From an uncultured Hormoscilla sp. (lineage in GTDB: Bacteria > Cyanobacteriota > Cyanobacteriia > Cyanobacteriales > Desertifilaceae), in the NCBI GenBank assembly GCA_963921275.4, contig OZ001293.3, forward strand, positions 2,400,001-2,464,000: DNA of 64,000 nt. The letters are read 5' to 3'. The notes below the pieces were generated by a model. It was not told where the DNA came from and did not search any database. It worked only from the letters and a program-made list of their open reading frames with translations. Positions 58,451 through 64,000 of this stretch are shown here, in pieces. A program made the translations under genes and the position numbers. Numbering within the stretch: position 1 is the first letter of the stretch; each line of letters starts with the position of its first letter.

Positions 58451-59462
58451 ACTCAAGTTGCGACCTATAAAAATTGGATACAAAAAGCTATGATAAAGAG
58501 AATTATTTTCAACTCTAATCCCTTAGATGTAACAGCATGAATTGACTTGGGAAACAAATTGGTGATTCGACTAAAACAGGTTTTAACTTGTTTTCTTGTT
58601 ACTTTTTGTATATATTCAAAACAAGAATATTCTTTTCTTTTTGAGTTCTTTTTTCGCAAAGGTTTTAACATTATACTTGACGACTCTTTTAGTAAATCCT
58701 CTAATTGATAATCATTATAAGCTTTATCTCCATAAACTATTGAATTTGATGGTAAGTCAAAGCCAAAAGATTGCAAAACTTTAACATCATTATAACTACC
58801 AGGATCTAGATAAAATTCTATTGGCTTTCCATTTTTGTTTACCAACATATGAACTCTTAATCCATAAAAATAACGTTTTTTACTGGCAATATACCCTCGA
58901 TATTCTTCCTTGTTATAAATTTGGCATCTATCAATCCTAATATTATCACATACTGGCACCGGGAAACTATCAAGAATATATTCTTGACCCGGATTGAGCT
59001 CTTTAAATGTTTGAGCTATAACTTGGAAGAAAAACATCCAAATTGGTTTGTCAATATTGTGTAATCGACGATTGAACCTACTTTTACTTAACAAATTTTT
59101 TATATACTTGTGTTGGACCATAAATTGACAAGAGCGATCGTGGTGTCCTCCGAAAAAATATGCAGCAACTAATCCGACTGTCATCACTTCGGCATTGTTC
59201 ATTTTTACTTGTGGATCTTCTTTTATATTTAACGCTTTTAGTAGCTCGTCACAAAGAACAAAAATTGTTGTAATCATATCTTCCATCATCTACATCCCCC
59301 AGCAATTAACTATTATTTTAGTACATTATAACCTATAAACAGCCAACCCGCCGTGTAGCACAAAAAAAATATAATTTTGTATCAAAAGCTACGAAATATC
59401 CCAAATATCTGTAAAGTCTAAGTGGGTAATTCATATTTTTTTTAATAGGTCGCAACTTAGGT
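58451..59462 (-). mobile_element. IS982-family element, copy 2
   Basis: Same TIRs; TSD TATAGTA. Confidence 0.92.
58465..59289 (-). CDS. IS982 transposase (E to K change in the RKQVETCF motif)
   Basis: Near identical to 28986-29810 but reads RKQVKTCF. Confidence 0.88.
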   Translation of the reverse strand: MMEDMITTIFVLCDELLKALNIKEDPQVKMNNAEVMTVGLVAAYFFGGHHDRSCQFMVQHKYIKNLLSKSRFNRRLHNIDKPIWMFFFQVIAQTFKELNPGQEYILDSFPVPVCDNIRIDRCQIYNKEEYRGYIASKKRYFYGLRVHMLVNKNGKPIEFYLDPGSYNDVKVLQSFGFDLPSNSIVYGDKAYNDYQLEDLLKESSSIMLKPLRKKNSKRKEYSCFEYIQKVTRKQVKTCFSRITNLFPKSIHAVTSKGLELKIILFIIAFCIQFL

Positions 59463-60779
59463 TATAGTAGGGGACCAACTGCTAACTAACAGTTCTTTGG
59501 ACTTTGAGACTCAGTCCAGTTACAGCCTCCGCGTCCAGACTACTGACTCTGCTAGTAATAGTTTTGAGGAGGTCTTGACTATTAATGTCAACGATGTCGG
59601 CGAGTCTCCTACCGACCTAGTCCTTAGCAGCAGCAGCATTGATTCTAACTCCCCTGATAATGCAGTCGTAGGGACTTTCTCAACTACCGATCCTGACTCT
59701 TCCGATACCTTTACCTACCAGTTAGTTGGAGGCGCTGGTGCCGATGATAACGACGCCTTCACCATAGAAGGGAACTCACTGCAAATTAACAGTTCCCCTG
59801 ACTTTGAGAGAAAATCGAGTTACAGCATCGGCGTCCAGACTACTGACTCTACTGGGAACAGTTACTCAGAAGCCTTGACTATTAGCGTCAACGATGTCGG
59901 CGAGTCTCCTACCGACCTAGTCCTTAGCAGCAGCAGCATTGATTCTAACTCTCCATTGGGTGCAGTTGTGGGGACTTTGTCTACTACTGACCCCGACGAG
60001 GGAGATAGCTTTACCTACATGCTTGGATCGGGCAACAATGCCTTTACTATAGTAGGGGACCAACTGCTAACTAACAGTTCTTTGGACTTTGAGACTCAGT
60101 CCAGTTACAGCCTCCGCGTCCAGACTACTGACTCTGCTAGTAATAGTTTTGAGGAGGTCTTGACTATTAATGTCAACGATGTCGGCGAGTCTCCTACCGA
60201 CCTAGTCCTTAGCAGCAGCAGCATTGATTCTAACTCCCCTGATAATGCAGTCGTAGGGACTTTCTCAACTACCGATCCTGACTCTTCCGATACCTTTACC
60301 TACCAGTTAGTCGGAGGCGCTGATGCCGATGATAACGACGCCTTCACCATAGAAGGGAACTCACTGCAAATTAACAGTTCCCCTGACTTTGAGACCCAGT
60401 CCAGTTACAGCATCCGCGTCCAGACTACTGATGCTGGTGGGCTTAGTTACTCGGAGGCTTTTACTATTAATGTCAACAATGTCAACGAGTCTTCTACCGA
60501 CCTTAACTTCAGCAATACTCGTCAATCCCTAACTCTCAACCCCCAACCCCTAACTTTATCACTCTTTGAGAAGGAGGAGGAGGACACTCTGATCGGCAGG
60601 GAGGGAAGAGATCGCGTCTACGGAAACCATGGAAGAGATCGCGTCTACGGAAACCATGGAAGCGATCGTCTCTACGAAGGATCAGAGGCCAATATTTTTG
60701 TTCTGGAGTCGGACATGATGGGTACTATCATAGACTTTGAAGATTATACGGACGGGGCTGAACGCGATCGGGCTGGACG

Positions 60780-60797
60780 CGATTTTTCCGGAACGGT
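60780..60797. repeat. Micro-repeat (18/19 match) inside the surface-protein tail
   Basis: CGATTTTTCCGGAACGGT. Confidence 0.75.
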
Positions 60798-60972
60798 AGA
60801 TTTGGCTCACGTCTATCAGGGCCTAGATACCTTGATTAACTTTGAAAGGGACACCCTGGTCACCCTACAGGGGATTTCAAAGATTTACGTGAGCGATCAG
60901 AATAGCACTCCTCTCCTACCGACCTAGAGCTCAGCACCGCAGCATTGTCGTATTCGTGGGGACTTTCTGGCA

Positions 60973-62310
60973 GGTTATAGTAGTCAAAGGCGAGCAAGGC
61001 GAGGTTAGGCCATAAGCCATAAGCCATAAGCCATAAGCCCCAAACCCAAGGCCCCCCAAAAAAACTTCAAGAGAACACTTGACAGTCAGAAAGGAAATGG
61101 GTTATGGTAGTCAAACGCGAGCAAGGCGAGGTTAGGCCATAAGCCATAAGCCATAAGCCATAAGCCCCAAACCCAAGGCCCCCCAAAAAAACTTCAATAA
61201 AACACTTGACAGTCAGAAAGGAAATGGGTTATGGTAACCTAAGTTGCGACCTATTAAAAAAAATATGAATTACCCACTTAGACTTTACAGATATTTGGGA
61301 TATTTCGTAGCTTTTGATACAAAATTATATTTTTTTTGTGCTAGACGGCGGGTTGGCTGTTTATAGGTTATAATGTACTAAAATAATAGTTAATTGCTGG
61401 GGGATGTAGATGATGGAAGATATGATTACAACAATTTTTGTTCTTTGTGACGAGCTACTAAAAGCGTTAAATATAAAAGAAGATCCACAAGTAAAAATGA
61501 ACAATGCCGAAGTGATGACAGTCGGATTAGTTGCTGCATATTTTTTCGGAGGACACCACGATCGCTCTTGTCAATTTATGGTCGAACACAAGTATATAAA
61601 AAATCTGTTAAGTAAAAGTAGGTTCAATCGTCGATTACACAATATTGAGGAACCAATTTGGATGTTTTTCTTCCAAGTTATAGCTCAAACATTTAAAGAG
61701 CTCAATCCGGGTCAAGAATATATTCTTGATAGTTTCCCGGTGCCAGTATGTGATAATATTAGGATTGATAGATGCCAAATTTATAACAAGGAAGAATATC
61801 GAGGGTATATTGCCAGTAAAAACGTTATTTTTATGGATTAAGAGTTCATATGTTGGTAAACAAAAATGGAAAGCCAATAGAATTTTATCTAGATCCTGGT
61901 AGTTATAATGATGTTAAAGTTTTGCAATCTTTTGGCTTTGACTTACCATCAAATTCAATAGTTTATGGAGATAAAGCTTATAATGATTATCAATTAGAGG
62001 ATTTACTAAAAGAGTCGTCAAGTATAATGTTAAAACCTTTGCGAAAAAAGAACTCAAAAAGAAAAGAATATTCTTGTTTTGAATATATACAAAAAGTAAC
62101 AAGAAAACAAGTTGAAACCTGTTTTAGTCGAATCACCAATTTGTTTCCCAAGTCAATTCATGCTGTTACATATAAGGGATTAGAGTTGAAAATAATTCTC
62201 TTTATAATAGCTTTTTGTATCCAATTTTTATAGGTCGCAACTTGAGTTATGGTAGGAAAACGCGAGCAAGGCGAGGTTAGGCCATAAGCCATAAGCCATA
62301 AGCCCAAGGC
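60973..62310 (+). repeat. 127-bp tandem promoter-like repeats (about 2.5 units; third unit split by IS982)
   Basis: Units start at 60973, 61100, 61227; contain (GCCATAA)n, an A-tract and TTGACA-N18-TATGGT. Confidence 0.8.
61237..62247 (+). mobile_element. IS982-family element, copy 3 (transposase frameshifted, 61410-62233)
   Basis: Same TIRs; TSD TATGGTA; one A missing near 61820. Confidence 0.92.
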
Positions 62311-62339
62311 CTTAAGCCCCAGGAGAGAAAATAGAGTAA

Positions 62340-64000
62340 ATGGTTAAACTACTTGCTGTCCCTATTCATTTAGATGCACTATATTTACCTAAGGCGAAGT
62401 ATGTCACGGGGCCAATGGCGGACTTTACCCGTTTGCCATACTTCGATGCGGAACTAGGGCGTGATATTAATCCAGAAACTCCTTATTTAAGTGAGGCGAT
62501 TCTGTCCAGCCGTTTCAAGACCAGCAGTTGCGCCTGAAAACGGGAATACACCTGCACTGGGCACTGCCGGATGCTTTAACGCGAGCTGGTCATCAGAATA
62601 ATGTCACGATTTTTCCGGCAGTGCCCAATCGCTGGCTTGTCACCCGGAGTCGCGGGGGCTCTAATGAAAAGCAGTGGGTTGTGGAAAGTGATTTTCTGTC
62701 TACAGAAAACCCAGGTAGTGTCAATTATCCTTACATTCCCGCCCAAATGGAGACTATCCAGTCTGGGCGTCCCTTCCGTTACTTGGGGCGGAACTTGCCC
62801 CTTGAGGCATGGCAGCCTACAACCAGCACAACAGATGGCAGCTATTTGACCTTACTGACAGCAGTGGGTTATGGCGAACCGACTTTTGCAGCTTTTTACC
62901 CCAACTGTCATAGTGTATTTGGTTTCTATGATTCATAGTGTATTTGGTTTCTATGATGCGGATTACGATGGCCAAGCCCCATCCACAGACCTACGCTACG
63001 ATATTGTTGGCTGGTATGCTTCTCAGGATAGCGACGAACTCTATAAACAGAGCCAGGGTTGGGCTTCTGGGGAATGGTCAACTTCGATCAAAGAGAGTTT
63101 TGGTTGGACAGTAGATGACGCATCTGCGGCGGGACCGGCACCTCAGAGAATGCTCTGCTATGCACAAATCACATTTGCTTCTTCATCCGATACAAGTCAC
63201 CCAAATCTAGCTTCGGCAGACACGGGGGTCAGTGTTGGGAATACGGCAACAGAAGCCCTAGCAGCGCACCTGGGCAGTCTTAATATCGATCGGGTGGGGA
63301 TGTCACGGGACGATCTGGAAGATTTGCTAGAGGCATTGCAGTTGGCAGACCACTTGGAGCAACAACGCTTGGATGTAGGACCAAAGTTTAAGGAAGGCCG
63401 ACACACAAATACGTTCCGCGCTCTGATTCCTGGGAAGCTATGGACTGTTCGACGAGAAGGGGATAATTCTGAAGGCGCTGATGTGGCTCGGGCTCAAGGA
63501 GAAGCTAATTTACCTGCCGGTTTAGCCGCAGCTTTAGATCGACTCAACAGTCTTCAGTCTGACTACGATCGCGCTCAACAAGAATTAGAAGATCGACGCA
63601 CTCAGACCTTTGTCGATTGGTATAAATACATGGTGTGCGTCTATCCCCCGGAGATCAGTCGCGAAAGCTATCCGGATATTGATGAAGTCAAGTACTTCAT
63701 TGAGGAAAAAGACATCAGGCCATTACGAGATTTGGAGGCAAGAACCGGGACGTTTGTTGTTGATGATTCTGGTAGCGTTCTTCAACCCCAGGATGCTGGT
63801 GATACCCTTGCCCATCGGCTGAAACAAGCCCTGGAAACAGTAAAACAGCTACTGACGAGCAATGCTGCAGCCAACCTGGTTCTTCAACCCCTCGGGCCCC
63901 CTCGTTATTATCTGCCCGAGGAACCGGTGGTGCTCTTAACTGGTAGCGCGGCGACACCGGGCGATCGCCACGGTCAAGATGGTCGGCTGCATCCAGAGGG
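62340..64000 (+). pseudogene. Large uncharacterised protein (GIHLHWALPDAL family), frameshifted, runs off the window
   Basis: Frameshift near 62510, 25-bp duplication 62908-62957; motifs FPAVPNRWLV, WVVESD, GEPTFAAFYPNC. Confidence 0.65.

Larger units (their letters stand above)
57130..60500 (+). repeat. Alternating 285/300-bp cadherin-domain repeats
   Basis: Near-identical A/B units with a 585-bp period, interrupted by IS982. Confidence 0.9.
54513..60927 (+). pseudogene. Large surface protein: DUF4347 - LRR array - Ig-like - 8 cadherin repeats - RTX-like tail; broken by an antisense intron, a frameshift near 55777 and IS982
   Basis: SHGSPG...LLLYGCNVAAG (DUF4347), LRRs, YTATGLPGG, LDFETQSSYSIRV. 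Confidence 0.85.

Noticed and set aside
60973..61236. Start of an rRNA operon
   Set aside because: No 16S sequence follows in the window
62605..62620. CGATTTTTCCGG as another micro-element copy
   Set aside because: Only 12 nt match and it lies in a plausible native motif (TIFPAVP)

Overview
Cyanobacterial chromosome segment (abundant HIP1 GCGATCGC, psbZ, nblA, CIRCE-preceded groEL2) with heavy mobile-element load and many pseudogenes. An intact housekeeping core (about 33.4-49 kb: tRNA-Ser(CGA), metK, rpsA, ribH, psbZ, tRNA nucleotidyltransferase, ABC1 kinase, PP2C, nblA, USP, anmK) is flanked by decaying accessory regions. Highlights: (1) a 1.9-kb composite element, two 160-bp MITEs around a foreign-looking class A beta-lactamase-like gene, inserted with a TAA duplication into a conserved gene. 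(2) A group II twintron (an ORF-less intron nested in an RT/HNH-encoding intron) interrupting, in frame-restorable fashion, the first gene of a decaying small-molecule biosynthesis-like cluster. (3) Three near-identical copies of a second ORF-less group II intron whose EBS1 matches all three insertion sites and whose 3' end looks non-canonical. (4) A 19-nt micro-repeat (CCGATTTTTCCGGAACGGT) embedded in frame in metK, ribH and the nucleotidyltransferase, encoding TVPEKS. (5) A broken DUF4347-LRR-cadherin surface protein with cassette-like hypervariable LRRs. (6) IS982 copies with TA-N3-TA targets and tandem 127-bp promoter-like repeats. All calls were made by eye from the sequence and the ORF track; no searches were run.
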